Positions 28,650 through 39,143 of a DNA stretch of 64,000 bases are shown piece by piece (the first letter of the stretch is position 1; each line of letters begins with the position of its first letter). Under the pieces are notes generated by a model. That model was not told the origin of the DNA and searched no databases. It worked only from the letters and a program-made list of their open reading frames with translations. Made by a program: the position numbers and the translations under genes. Source of the stretch: a virus (Duplodnaviria; Caudoviricetes); the IMG/VR virus record IMGVR_UViG_3300044645_001661. The stretch is one strand, 5' to 3'.

Positions 28650-29432
28650 ATGGCATCATACGCAAGCTATAAAAAAGTAGTTGGAGATCAAGTACTCTCT
28701 ACTTCCATTCCAGATTCTAAATTAGAATCTACAGCTTTTAAAAATTATACAGTCCAGTGGATTCGTGGATGTTTGGGTGTTTGTAGCCCTGGATGTTGCT
28801 GCTTATGGACAGTTCCAAGTGGCGTAAGACGAGTTACTTTTGAACTTTGGGGTTCTGGTGGAAATGGTGCTGGTGCTTGTTCTAATGGTCGCTGTCAGCA
28901 CTATGCTGGAGCACAGGGAGGGTATTATAATATAAAAACAATTTCGGTATCTAGTGGGTGGACCTATACTATATGTGCTGGTGGTGTTTATCCATGTAAT
29001 AGTATTGAATGTAATGGATGCGAAGGTTGCTCATCGTATATTACTGGATGTGGATTAAGTAACTTCTGTGCAATTGGTGGATGTGCTGGATGTGCCGATT
29101 CTAACTGGAACGTCCCATGTTTTTCCGATCAAGGTAGATGTTGCATGGCTCCTGGTGCATGGGGTGGTGATTTTGGAATGGGTAATCATAGAGGTGCATT
29201 TACTGGTGCTTGGAACTGTCACTGCTATAGACACATATTCTGTGCTTCTGGTGCCCCATTCTTAGGTGGAGCTAACGTTACTGGAGAATTAACAGAATGT
29301 TGGATTCGTTGTGGTTGCTGGAACGTTCCTTATGGTAGTGGTGGACAAAATGCTATGACCACATATTGTGGTGGTTGCTGTGGACAGGGAGGAACTGGTG
29401 GCCCTGGTGTTGTTAAAATTACATATTTCTAA
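28650..29432 (+). CDS. Cys/Gly-rich MASYASYKK protein, paralogue 1
   Basis: 28 Cys counted in 260 aa; CCCLWTVP, ELWGxGG, GQGGxGGPG motifs. Confidence 0.8.
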   Translation: MASYASYKKVVGDQVLSTSIPDSKLESTAFKNYTVQWIRGCLGVCSPGCCCLWTVPSGVRRVTFELWGSGGNGAGACSNGRCQHYAGAQGGYYNIKTISVSSGWTYTICAGGVYPCNSIECNGCEGCSSYITGCGLSNFCAIGGCAGCADSNWNVPCFSDQGRCCMAPGAWGGDFGMGNHRGAFTGAWNCHCYRHIFCASGAPFLGGANVTGELTECWIRCGCWNVPYGSGGQNAMTTYCGGCCGQGGTGGPGVVKITYF

Positions 29433-30288
29433 GGAGTAGAATCAAATGGCATCTTATGCAAGTTACAAAAAAATAAACGGATCATCTTTTGTTGCTGGAA
29501 CTCTAGATGAAACAAAATTTGATTCTACTGCTAGAAAGACTTTTGGTGTTAAATGGTTTTATGGTGATCCTGGAGCTTGTTCGCAGGGATGTTGCTGTCT
29601 TTGGACTGTTCCTTCTGGTGTAACTAAACTTTTTATTGAGCTTTGGGGAGCTGGTGGGTCTGGACATGGTGCATGTTCTTGTAGTAGATGTCACCACTAT
29701 AGAGGTGCTGGTGGTGGAGCATATAACTCTAAAATGATTACTTCTGCCTCTGGATGTCAATATACTGTTTGTGCTGCAGGAAATGGTAACTGCTGCAGAT
29801 TTGAATGTAGTGGATGTATTGGATGTGCTTCTTATACAACTGGATTTAATTTATCCAATTTTTGTGCTGTTGGTGGATCTCCTGGATGTGCAAACACTGA
29901 TTGGGCAACTCCTTGTAACTCTGTCTGGGATTGTTGTTTGCAAGGTGAAAACAATGGTGGTGACTTTGGATACATGAACCATGCTGGTGCTTTTGGTGGT
30001 GTTGAATGGTGGTTTGGTGTTGGATTCTGCCATTGTCATCATCAACAAACTCAACCAACTTCTGCTCCTTTAATTGGAACAACTGTTCAACAGTCAATTA
30101 ACTACTGTTGGATGCGTTGTGGTTGTTGGACTGTTCCTTATGGTCATGGTGGACAGGGGGCTATGACTTCCTATTGTGGAAGCAGTTGCTGTGGGCAAGG
30201 TGGTATGGGTGGTCCTGGTCTTGTTAAAATTACATATTTCTAAGGAGTAGAATCAAATGGCATCTTATGCAAGTTACAAAAAAATAAA
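29410..30288 (+). repeat. 68-bp perfect direct repeat spanning two gene junctions
   Basis: TTGTTAAAATTACATATTTCTAAGGAGTAGAATCAAATGGCATCTTATGCAAGTTACAAAAAAATAAA at 29410-29477 and 30221-30288. Confidence 0.9.
29446..30243 (+). CDS. Cys/Gly-rich MASYASYKK protein, paralogue 2
   Basis: Same motif order as paralogue 1; AAGGAG RBS. Confidence 0.8.
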   Translation: MASYASYKKINGSSFVAGTLDETKFDSTARKTFGVKWFYGDPGACSQGCCCLWTVPSGVTKLFIELWGAGGSGHGACSCSRCHHYRGAGGGAYNSKMITSASGCQYTVCAAGNGNCCRFECSGCIGCASYTTGFNLSNFCAVGGSPGCANTDWATPCNSVWDCCLQGENNGGDFGYMNHAGAFGGVEWWFGVGFCHCHHQQTQPTSAPLIGTTVQQSINYCWMRCGCWTVPYGHGGQGAMTSYCGSSCCGQGGMGGPGLVKITYF

Positions 30289-31048
30289 TTCCTCTGATGG
30301 CATAGTTGATGGTACTATTCCATCAACTGCTGTTGGTGGAAATGCCTTTGCAACATGGGAAGTTAAGTGGTTTTATGGGCAACCTTGTTTTTGTTCTACT
30401 GGTTGCTGTTGCCTTTGGACTGTTCCGAATGGTGTATTTAAGGCATTTATTGAACTCTGGGGTGCTGGTGGAAATGGACACGGGGCATGTACAACTAGTA
30501 GATGTCAACACTTTGCGGGAGCACAAGGAGGATATTATAATTCAAAAATGATTAATGTATGTCCTGGATGGACATATACAGTCTGTGCTGCTGGTGTGTA
30601 TCCTTGTTTGTCTAACGAATGTTTGGGTTGTTGTGGATGCTCATCGTATATGACTGGATGTGGATTGAGCAACTTCTGTGCATTGGGTGGAATTACTGGG
30701 TGTGCAAATGGTAGTTGGAATGAAGGATGCTTCTCAGATCAAGGTGCCTGCTGTATGGCTCCTGGTGCATGGGGTGGTGATTTTGGACTGGGTAATCATA
30801 GAGGGGCATTCTTTATTCATGGATCTCAATGTCATTGCCATTGTAAGGGTGCTACACCAACTCCAGCTCCATTTATTGGTACACAAGTTCAACAAAATGT
30901 TCATGAATGTTGGATGCGTTGTGCGTGTTGGACTGTTCCTTATGGTCATGGTGGACAAGGTGCAATGGGAACCGTTTGTGGTGGTGGATCTTGTTGTGGT
31001 CAAGGTGGAACTGGTGGTCCTGGACTTGTTAAAATTAGCTTCTTATAA
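30257..31048 (+). CDS. Cys/Gly-rich MASYASYKK protein, paralogue 3
   Basis: Same motif order; AAGGAG RBS. Confidence 0.8.
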   Translation: MASYASYKKINSSDGIVDGTIPSTAVGGNAFATWEVKWFYGQPCFCSTGCCCLWTVPNGVFKAFIELWGAGGNGHGACTTSRCQHFAGAQGGYYNSKMINVCPGWTYTVCAAGVYPCLSNECLGCCGCSSYMTGCGLSNFCALGGITGCANGSWNEGCFSDQGACCMAPGAWGGDFGLGNHRGAFFIHGSQCHCHCKGATPTPAPFIGTQVQQNVHECWMRCACWTVPYGHGGQGAMGTVCGGGSCCGQGGTGGPGLVKISFL

Positions 31049-31050
31049 TA

Positions 31051-31058
31051 TATAAATA
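31051..31058 (+). promoter_or_regulatory. T4-type late promoter
   Basis: Exact TATAAATA. Confidence 0.65.
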
Positions 31059-31097
31059 TAATTAAAGCAAAAATTATCAATTTATACTCATAAACTC

Positions 31098-31793
31098 ATG
31101 GCACAAATTTCAGTAGAATTTGAATTTCCAGAATTCAATGATTATCTAGTAGATCATTCTTTTAGTGAAGGAAAAACACGTAAATATACTTATCATGGAC
31201 CAGATAAAATTTATCTCCAAATTGGAGAAGATGGTACTGAAAAATATGGTCCATTAACTGAAGAAGACATTGCTGATGGTAGACCAATTCCTGCTGATGT
31301 TGTTGAATGGTATGAAGTTGATTGTACAGAAAATCCTCTTGTATGTCATTTAAGAGGACCAATTGTAAATGAATTTCAGGAAGATTATACTGGAGAAAAA
31401 TTCCATCCTGGATCACCTGAAATAGAAGGATATGATAGATATTCTTATCCAACACCTCTTAAGCCAGAGGACGTTTTTGATAAGTGGAATGTTAAAGTTA
31501 CAGATGGTAATGTAGAATTAACTACATATACAGTTTCTGAAAAACTTCATGGCAAACCTGAAAACTTAACATGGGGTGATATTAGAAATCATAGAGATAT
31601 GATGCTTGGACTTAGTGATGGTCAAATTGCTGAAGATATGCCACAATCATTGAAAGATGAATGGATGGAATATCGTCAAAAATTAAGAGATCTTCCTACT
31701 GTAATGGAAAATGCGGGGGTTGATCCAAATATTGCTTACTATATGTTCCCATTACAACCAAAAGCTGCTAATATTGCTGGAAGAGATTCCTGA
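31098..31793 (+). CDS. Tail-fibre assembly chaperone-like protein
   Basis: C-terminal W.DIR..RD.ML..SD....ED.P......W..YRQKLRDLP motif. Confidence 0.75.
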   Translation: MAQISVEFEFPEFNDYLVDHSFSEGKTRKYTYHGPDKIYLQIGEDGTEKYGPLTEEDIADGRPIPADVVEWYEVDCTENPLVCHLRGPIVNEFQEDYTGEKFHPGSPEIEGYDRYSYPTPLKPEDVFDKWNVKVTDGNVELTTYTVSEKLHGKPENLTWGDIRNHRDMMLGLSDGQIAEDMPQSLKDEWMEYRQKLRDLPTVMENAGVDPNIAYYMFPLQPKAANIAGRDS

Positions 31794-31803
31794 GTTATAA
31801 TTT

Positions 31804-32340
31804 ATGAGTGAATATACATTATATAATTTTGATTATGTTAAAGAAAATCAAATAGAAATAATAAAAGAACTGAAGACATCTCAAGATAATTTAGTTAAAT
31901 ATGGAGTTTTCGATACAACGAAAGCTTATATTTACTATAATATCTTTGGGGTGTCTTCTCCTTCTAAGCATATGTATAGAGTTTATTCCAAAGTTAGGGA
32001 TATTGTAAGAGAACAACTTCCAGATCAAATGATTTGGATTCAGTCTTGGTTAAACTATCAAAGTTATAATGAAGTTTTACCTTGGCATAATCATACTTCA
32101 AGTTGGCATGGGTACATATCAATAGAACCTCAAGATACTGTAACTGAATTTGAGAATTGGTCCATCGAAAATGAATGTGGAAATATTTACTTTGGTCCTG
32201 GTGGATATTTACATCGTGTAGTTAATAAGTCAAATTATAAAGGAAAGAGAATTACGATAGGTTTTGACATTATTTTAGAAGAAGATTATAATGGCATTAT
32301 ACTACCTACAGAAAATTTTGGTGCAATCCCATTACTATAA
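31804..32340 (+). CDS. 2OG-Fe(II) oxygenase-like protein
   Basis: WLN..LPWHNH..HGYISI..HRV..R pattern. Confidence 0.65.
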   Translation: MSEYTLYNFDYVKENQIEIIKELKTSQDNLVKYGVFDTTKAYIYYNIFGVSSPSKHMYRVYSKVRDIVREQLPDQMIWIQSWLNYQSYNEVLPWHNHTSSWHGYISIEPQDTVTEFENWSIENECGNIYFGPGGYLHRVVNKSNYKGKRITIGFDIILEEDYNGIILPTENFGAIPLL

Positions 32341-33026
32341 TGTTTGAAGTTAATAGTGAATTAAAAGTAAAAATAGAAAAAGTAAAAGATATTACTTGGG
32401 AATCTATATCTGATGGTGTTGTAAAATATAGTTCAGATACAGTTGAAAAAATGGTTTTTATAATCGATGATTTTTATAAAAATCCAGATGAGATACGGGA
32501 TTGTGCAATAAAATCAAAAACTTATACTGATAAAGAACGTCTTGCTGGTGCTATTGGTAGACGGGTATGGGATGAAGAATTTGAAATAATGAATCAATTA
32601 AATATTAATCTTTGTCCAGTTTTTGAACAATTATGTTTATATCCAAAATGGCATATTGAATTTGATAAAGAACATCATTACAATAAATGGCAATATATGA
32701 GATTTGTTGTTAATGTTACTAGTAATAAGGAAATTGTTAATTCTGGTAGAGATTGGAAAACTATATGTCATGTTGATGGTCCATATAATAAATGGGCAGC
32801 ATTAGTATTTTTGAATAAAGAAAATGAGTGTGAAGGTGGTACTAGTTTTTATTCTGTAAGTATTCCAAATTCTGATGGAACTACAAATTCACCAAAATTA
32901 GAATATACATGTGATATGAAATATAATAGATGTATCTTGTATGACGCAAATCAAATACATGGTGCAGTGATGGAACCACATATGTTTAAAACATGTGATC
33001 GTTTAACTCAAATAATGTTTTTTTAA
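32340..33026 (+). CDS. 2OG-Fe(II) oxygenase-like protein (DUF6445-like)
   Basis: IIDDFYKNPDEIR, HVD..WAALVFL, GGTSFY, YNRCILYD..HG..RLTQ. Confidence 0.7.
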   Translation: MFEVNSELKVKIEKVKDITWESISDGVVKYSSDTVEKMVFIIDDFYKNPDEIRDCAIKSKTYTDKERLAGAIGRRVWDEEFEIMNQLNINLCPVFEQLCLYPKWHIEFDKEHHYNKWQYMRFVVNVTSNKEIVNSGRDWKTICHVDGPYNKWAALVFLNKENECEGGTSFYSVSIPNSDGTTNSPKLEYTCDMKYNRCILYDANQIHGAVMEPHMFKTCDRLTQIMFF

Positions 33027-33092
33027 TCTTCTAAATAAAATTGAATCGTGCTATAATTATAGCAATATTAATTACACTGAGGTTGACTGTAA

Positions 33093-34229
33093 ATGAGATC
33101 CAAGGCATTTTTTATAAATGGTGGAGCTGGCAGAGTGATTTGCTCCATCCCTGCATTTGAAAAATACGCAGAAACTCATGACGATTTTGTTATAGTTTGT
33201 GAAGGGGGAACTGATTTTTATAAAGGACATCCAATTCTGCACAAATATGTTTTTGATAATTGGCATAAAGGTCTATTCGAAAAAGAAATTAAACATAGAG
33301 ATTGTATAACTCCAGAGCCATATCGATCTTGGCATTATTACAATCAGAAGTGTAATCTTGCTCAAGCATTTGATGTTATCATTAATGAATTGGATGAACC
33401 GAGAGAAATTGGTGATCCAACAATTCATTTAAATAAAATGGAACTTCTTGCTGGTTATAATTCTGTGGAAGAAATTAAAGCAGGAACTGGTAAGGATAAA
33501 GTTTTAGTTGTACAACCTTTTGGTAGATCTGTTGAACAAGTCGGGGCAGATTTTATTGCAGATCCAACATCTCGTAGTTTTTCTCTCAATAATATTGTAG
33601 AAATTATTAACGAACTTAAAAAAGATTATGCAATTATTATTATGAGTGAGATTCATTTTCCTCTTGAAGAAAATGAAGAAAAATCTAAATATCGTGTCGC
33701 AAGACCACAAATTACAGATATGAGAATGTGGGCAAGTATTATCAATGCTTCAGATCACTTCCTGGGTTGTGATAGTATGGGGCAACATATTGCTAAAGCA
33801 TTTGGTAAAACTGCTACTGTTGTTTTGGGATCAACATATCCAGAAAATATTTCATATCCAAATTCAAAGGATTTTAATATTATTGATGCTGGATTAGATA
33901 GGAGAAAATATAGCCCTATTCGTATCTCTATTGATGAAGAAATTGATCGATATAATGATGAAGCAATGGAGTTGAATAAGCAAAAAATACAAGAAGTTAT
34001 TTCTTCTGTTAAAAAAAGTTTAGGTAAATCTGTTGCTTATACTGGAAATTGGAAACCATCTAATGCAGCACAAAGTTCTTGTTGTCCAACTACTCAAAAT
34101 GCTCTTCCTATGGCACCAGAAATAAAGGCACCCTCTACTCCAGTATTGATGCCAAAAGAAAATAAAGGATTTGGTGGAAAAGAATCATTAGATAAAGAAA
34201 TTAATAACATTTTAAAAAAACTTAAGTGA
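33093..34229 (+). CDS. Glycosyltransferase, GT9 (heptosyltransferase)-like
   Basis: INGGAGRVI N-terminus and HFLGCDSMGQHIAKAFGK..TVVLGST C-terminal motif. Confidence 0.6.
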   Translation: MRSKAFFINGGAGRVICSIPAFEKYAETHDDFVIVCEGGTDFYKGHPILHKYVFDNWHKGLFEKEIKHRDCITPEPYRSWHYYNQKCNLAQAFDVIINELDEPREIGDPTIHLNKMELLAGYNSVEEIKAGTGKDKVLVVQPFGRSVEQVGADFIADPTSRSFSLNNIVEIINELKKDYAIIIMSEIHFPLEENEEKSKYRVARPQITDMRMWASIINASDHFLGCDSMGQHIAKAFGKTATVVLGSTYPENISYPNSKDFNIIDAGLDRRKYSPIRISIDEEIDRYNDEAMELNKQKIQEVISSVKKSLGKSVAYTGNWKPSNAAQSSCCPTTQNALPMAPEIKAPSTPVLMPKENKGFGGKESLDKEINNILKKLK

Positions 34230-34239
34230 GGTATAATAA

Positions 34240-36042
34240 ATGACACAATGGATTGCTGCTATTGCTAGAGGGCATAACTCTGGGGTTTGTCTTCTTAAAG
34301 ATGGTGAATTAGTTTTATCTATTGAGGAAGAGCGTTTATCTAGGGCAAAATATGATGGTGGACCATTGGCGTCAATGGTTAAAATTCTTGAATATACTGA
34401 TAAACTTGATTATTTGGTAATCGCACATACACAACCTTTAAGTGACGCTGGAAGAATTGATTTTTCTGGTGATGATATCTATACTGGTCTTGCAAGAAAA
34501 CTTGGATTAATTGATAGAAATCAAGATAATTATAATCATCCTCAAGTTATAGATTTAAGTAGAAATCATCATAAACTTCATGCTGCATGTGCATTTTATC
34601 GTTCTGGATTTGAAAGTGCAGTATCATTAGTTGTTGATGGTGCTGGAACTTTTATTCCAATGCAAATTGGGCGAAATCAAGAAATGACCTGGGAACTTGA
34701 ATCTATTTTTAGTTGTGAATATCCAGCGTTATTCAAAACTCTTTATAAGCATCAATCTGGAAGAGGTCCTTGGGCATCTGTAAGAATACCCGAAATGCCT
34801 AGTGATACTGAAGGTGAAGACGGAACACATGAATTAGTTCTTGATGATAGTGCTGGTATTACAAAAGCATATGAAGCAGCAACACAATATTGTGGTTGGC
34901 CTCCCATTGAAGCAGGTAAAACTATGGGATTATTCCCTTATGGAAAACCAAATGATAATATTCCTGCAATTTATACTGATGGTAATGGTGGTAGTTGGAA
35001 GACTTCTGATCGAAATGTTATTATTCCAACCTATCCTAACGGTGCATTAGTTAATGAAGGTAGATATGAATTTCTTAGAACACCAGAAGAATTTGATGAT
35101 CTAACACTTCTTGAGAATCGTCGTGATATGGCATATGCTATTCAAACACAATCACAACAAATGGTTCTTGATTTAATTCGTAAAGCAGTTGAAATGACTG
35201 GAAATAATAATGTCGTTATTTCTGGTGGATATGGTCTTAATTGTGTTGCAAACTATTGGTATCTTGAGCAACTTAAAGATGAAAACATTAATCTTTATGT
35301 TGAACCAGTAAGTAATGATGCTGGAACTGCAATTGGTGCTGCATTAATATGGCATCATAAAGTCAATGAAGATAATAATGTAAAAGAAAAAATTCAAAAT
35401 CTTTATACTGGACCTAGTTATAATTACAGTAATCAAGAGATTAATTTAGTCTCGGAAAAATATAATGCGACGGAAGTAACATCTGCATCTTATGAAGATG
35501 TTATTGAGTTAATCATGGATAAAAATATTGTCGCAGTATTCCAGGGAAGGTCGGAAGCTGGTCCTAGAGCACTTGGTAATAGATCCATTCTTTATGATCC
35601 AAGAGATCCAAATGGTAAAGATCATGTAAATCGTATTAAGAGAAGAGAATACTTTAGACCTTTTGCTGGATCTATTCTTCATGAGCATGTTCATGATTGG
35701 TTTGATCTTCGTGGTATGGAAGATTCTCCCTTCATGATGTATGCTGTAAATTGTAAAGAAGGTATAGAAGAAAAAATTCCTGCAATTATTCATGTTGATG
35801 GAACTTGTAGAATTCAAACTGTTACTCAAGAACAGAATTTGCATTACTATAATTTAATCAATACCTTCTACGAAAAAACTGGTTGTCCTATTATTTTTAA
35901 TACATCATTTAATCTTGGTGGAGAACCTCTGGTTGAAACTCTTGATGATGCTGTAAGAACTCTTGCTAATAGTTTAATTGAATATCTGTATTTGCCAGAA
36001 TACAATACTTTAATTTACGTTAAAAATCAGGAGGATGAATGA
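34240..36042 (+). CDS. O-carbamoyltransferase (NodU/CmcH family), copy 1
   Basis: GHNSG..EEERLSR, HHKLHA, GKTMGL, SGGYGLNC, EAGPRALGNRSIL, RPFAG, NTSFN. Confidence 0.92.
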   Translation: MTQWIAAIARGHNSGVCLLKDGELVLSIEEERLSRAKYDGGPLASMVKILEYTDKLDYLVIAHTQPLSDAGRIDFSGDDIYTGLARKLGLIDRNQDNYNHPQVIDLSRNHHKLHAACAFYRSGFESAVSLVVDGAGTFIPMQIGRNQEMTWELESIFSCEYPALFKTLYKHQSGRGPWASVRIPEMPSDTEGEDGTHELVLDDSAGITKAYEAATQYCGWPPIEAGKTMGLFPYGKPNDNIPAIYTDGNGGSWKTSDRNVIIPTYPNGALVNEGRYEFLRTPEEFDDLTLLENRRDMAYAIQTQSQQMVLDLIRKAVEMTGNNNVVISGGYGLNCVANYWYLEQLKDENINLYVEPVSNDAGTAIGAALIWHHKVNEDNNVKEKIQNLYTGPSYNYSNQEINLVSEKYNATEVTSASYEDVIELIMDKNIVAVFQGRSEAGPRALGNRSILYDPRDPNGKDHVNRIKRREYFRPFAGSILHEHVHDWFDLRGMEDSPFMMYAVNCKEGIEEKIPAIIHVDGTCRIQTVTQEQNLHYYNLINTFYEKTGCPIIFNTSFNLGGEPLVETLDDAVRTLANSLIEYLYLPEYNTLIYVKNQEDE

Positions 36043-37523
36043 AACCACTTCGTAGAATTGTAATAGTTGGGGGAGGAACTTCTGCTTGGTTGACTGCTGC
36101 GTTCCTCTTAAACAGAACTAGAAAATATTGTGAGATAGTTGTAATTGATAAAGAACAAGGTCAAACTGTTGGTGTTGGAGAAGCAACTGTTTTAAGTTTT
36201 AAACCATTTATGGAGGCATGTGGATTTCCAATTGAATCCTGGTTTAATCAAATAGATGCTACTTTTAAATCTGGAATTTTATTTGCAAATTGGCAAAAAG
36301 AAGGGGAAGATATTTGGCACCCATTTGCATTCCCAGCATATGATTGGGCTAATACAAACTTATTGAATATCTGGACTCAATGTAAAGATCTTGATTTTAA
36401 ATTGAATGCTACAGCATTATATCATCCTTCAGTGGATGAGAATAAAATAGATCCAACAAATCTACCCGCATATGCATACCATATTGATTGTGGTAAATTA
36501 GTTAAATTTATCCAAAATAAAATTATGGATAAAATAACTTTTGTTCAATCCGAGGTTGTTGATATTGTTAGAGATAATACTGGCAATGTCCAGTACTTAT
36601 TGTTAAGTGATGGACAAGAAATAGAATCTGATTTATTTGTTGATTGTACTGGATTTAAGAGATTAATTGGATCCAAACCAGATACTGTAAATCTTCGTGA
36701 TAGGTTGTTTTGTGATACTGCGGTTGCTGGGCATATTCCATATAATGATATTAAAAATGAAATGAGACCTTATGTAATATGTGATGCAGTTGAGCATGGA
36801 TGGATTTGGAATATTCCTGTTCAAACCAGAATTGGATCTGGGTTAGTTTTTAATAGATCTATTACAGACCCAGAAGAAGCAAAAGATTATTTTGTTAATT
36901 ATTGGGATAATAGAGTAGAACGTGAATCACTAAAAGTTATTGATTGGACTCCTTATTATCATAATAACTTTTGGGAAAATAATGTTGTATGTATTGGATT
37001 ATCTGCTGGATTTATTGAACCATTAGAAAGTACTGGTGTAGCATTAATTTGTGCTGGAGTAATTGGATTGGGAGAAGCACTTAAAGGATCTTCTTATAAT
37101 ATGCAAGACATTAATTTGTATAATTGTAAGATGAAATGTTTCTTTGAGAATGCTGTAGACTTTGTAAATATGCATTATTCTAGATCTCAAAAGAGTGGAA
37201 AATTCTGGGAGTGGGTTAAAGAAACTCATCAAATAACTGATACTCAAAAATATTATGAATTTGAACTTGAGCATAATCCATATCAAGTTCCTAATGATGG
37301 AGATTTTATGTTTGCTGGTGAAAATTGGAGTGTATGGTTATTTCAATTAATGGATGTAGAAAATATTTTATATAAAAATAATGGATTGTCCGAAATTCAA
37401 ACGAGACGAATAATTTCAGATTTTCGTAAAAATGAACTAGAAAAGCATAAAAATTCTGTGCTCCATTATAATTATGTTAAAGGTTATTCAACTATGATAA
37501 ATGACAATAAAAATAATAGATAA
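36039..37523 (+). CDS. Flavin-dependent halogenase (tryptophan halogenase/PrnA-like)
   Basis: GGGTSAW, VGVGEAT, FKSGI.F.NW, DCTGF, GWIWNIP (WxWxIP), GFIEPLESTG. Confidence 0.9.
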   Translation: MKPLRRIVIVGGGTSAWLTAAFLLNRTRKYCEIVVIDKEQGQTVGVGEATVLSFKPFMEACGFPIESWFNQIDATFKSGILFANWQKEGEDIWHPFAFPAYDWANTNLLNIWTQCKDLDFKLNATALYHPSVDENKIDPTNLPAYAYHIDCGKLVKFIQNKIMDKITFVQSEVVDIVRDNTGNVQYLLLSDGQEIESDLFVDCTGFKRLIGSKPDTVNLRDRLFCDTAVAGHIPYNDIKNEMRPYVICDAVEHGWIWNIPVQTRIGSGLVFNRSITDPEEAKDYFVNYWDNRVERESLKVIDWTPYYHNNFWENNVVCIGLSAGFIEPLESTGVALICAGVIGLGEALKGSSYNMQDINLYNCKMKCFFENAVDFVNMHYSRSQKSGKFWEWVKETHQITDTQKYYEFELEHNPYQVPNDGDFMFAGENWSVWLFQLMDVENILYKNNGLSEIQTRRIISDFRKNELEKHKNSVLHYNYVKGYSTMINDNKNNR

Positions 37524-37980
37524 TTTTTTAGAAAAACAATACTTCAATGAATTAGAAGATACTATACTTGGACCAATGTTTCCTTGGTTTTTTCAAAAAG
37601 GTATAGTATCACCGTATGATGGATATTCTCAATTTATTCATCTTTTTTATACTGATTATGAACCAAAAACAAAATATTTTGGATTGATATTTCCCATATT
37701 TGAAATTTTAGGTGCATCATCTGTTGTAAGATCTAAAGCTAATTTACTTATAAAAACTGACAATATAATTCAACATGATTTTCATTCGGATCATCCAGAT
37801 TGCACAACTGCTATTTTATATCTAAATACAAATAACGGAAAAACGATATTTGAGGATGGAACGGAAGTTGAAAGTATTGCCAATCGGTTAATCGTTTTTA
37901 ATTCTAATCAAAAACATACTGGTACAACTTGTACTGATGAATACAATAGAGTAGTAATTAATTTTAATTATCATGTCTAA
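37501..37980 (+). CDS. 2OG-Fe(II) oxygenase-like protein
   Basis: HDFHSDH..TAILYLNTNNG.T, H.G...R.VIN. Confidence 0.8.
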   Translation: MTIKIIDNFLEKQYFNELEDTILGPMFPWFFQKGIVSPYDGYSQFIHLFYTDYEPKTKYFGLIFPIFEILGASSVVRSKANLLIKTDNIIQHDFHSDHPDCTTAILYLNTNNGKTIFEDGTEVESIANRLIVFNSNQKHTGTTCTDEYNRVVINFNYHV

Positions 37981-38392
37981 AGAAATAACTAAAGTATTTG
38001 TAAACGGAACATTTGATCTTTTGCATAAAGGGCATATTGAAATGTTAAATTATGCAAAATCAAAAGGTGATATTTTATATGTTGCCATTGACACTGATCA
38101 AAGAGTCAAAGAAAAAAAAGGAGAATCAAGACCAATCAATAGTCAAAATGATAGGGCAGAATTTTTAATTAATTTAAAATCTGTTGATTATGTTGTTTTA
38201 TTCAATACCGATGAAGAATTGGAATATTTGGTTAAAAGTATAGAACCTGATATAATGGTTGTAGGTTCTGATTGGATTGGTAAAACTGTTATTGGATCTG
38301 AACACGCAAAGGAATTAAAATTTTTTAATAGATTAGATGGATACTCAACTACAGGCACAATTGAACGTATTATTAATAGGGGAGAAGTGTGA
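37973..38392 (+). CDS. Nucleotidyltransferase (RfaE/HldE domain II, heptose-1-P adenylyltransferase-like)
   Basis: GTFDLLHKGH (HxGH), KGESRPIN, YSTT. Confidence 0.85.
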   Translation: MSKEITKVFVNGTFDLLHKGHIEMLNYAKSKGDILYVAIDTDQRVKEKKGESRPINSQNDRAEFLINLKSVDYVVLFNTDEELEYLVKSIEPDIMVVGSDWIGKTVIGSEHAKELKFFNRLDGYSTTGTIERIINRGEV

Positions 38393-39143
38393 AGATGAAT
38401 ATCTTTATGGTGATGTAGAACGCATCAGTCCAGAAGCTCCAGTACCAATACTTAAATATACTCACACAGAAATATATTCTGGAATGTCTTCTAATGTTAA
38501 AAATAATCTAGAGTCTTTTGGTATAAATGTAGTTCATATAACAAATAAAGAATCTATTAAAAAAACTAGAGTAGTTCATAATGGTAGTAAACAACAACTT
38601 CTAAGAATTGATAATGATGTAAAAGTATCTCCGATTAAACCCTCTGAGGTTCGGAGTGCTTTTTTGCATTTTTCATATGATGCAGTTGTTGTATCTGATT
38701 ATGATAAAGGTCTTCTTACAACTGATGACCTTAAAGTAATTTGTCAAAACTTTAATGGTCCCGTTTTTATTGATACTAAAAAACGAGATTTATTTACTGA
38801 AAAGAATGTAATTTTTAAAATAAATCAGAGAGAATATAATAACCTCATATCTTATCCAGAGGATGTACATTTAATTGTTACTATGGGTAGTGATGGAGTT
38901 AAATACTTGGGGTATACATATCCATCTGAAAAAGTAAATGTATTTGATGTTGTTGGTGCTGGTGATACCTTCTTAGCAGCATTTGTACACTCTTACTTGA
39001 CATGTAAAGAAGATAGGTTTAGATTTTCTGAATCTATTAAATATGCAAATAAAGCAGCAGCAATTGCTGTTCAACATTTTGGTACATATACATTATCAGA
39101 AGATGATATTAGGAGTTTAAATAATGGCAATATATTGCATTGA
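38337..39143 (+). CDS. PfkB-family sugar kinase (RfaE/HldE domain I, heptose-7-P kinase-like)
   Basis: RISPEAPVP, SDYDKG, DVVGAGDTF. Confidence 0.88.
   Translation: MDTQLQAQLNVLLIGEKCEDEYLYGDVERISPEAPVPILKYTHTEIYSGMSSNVKNNLESFGINVVHITNKESIKKTRVVHNGSKQQLLRIDNDVKVSPIKPSEVRSAFLHFSYDAVVVSDYDKGLLTTDDLKVICQNFNGPVFIDTKKRDLFTEKNVIFKINQREYNNLISYPEDVHLIVTMGSDGVKYLGYTYPSEKVNVFDVVGAGDTFLAAFVHSYLTCKEDRFRFSESIKYANKAAAIAVQHFGTYTLSEDDIRSLNNGNILH

Noticed and set aside
22787-30288. CRISPR-like array from the direct repeats
   Set aside because: The repeats are 68-80 bp, lie in frame inside or across coding sequences with long irregular spacing, and have no cas genes nearby; the PD-(D/E)XK nuclease at 52043 is the usual phage exonuclease.
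38337-38392. Possible frameshift fusion of nucleotidyltransferase and kinase (56-nt overlap)
   Set aside because: The kinase has its own ATG and an intact N-terminus, and I found no in-register slippery heptamer with a downstream structure.
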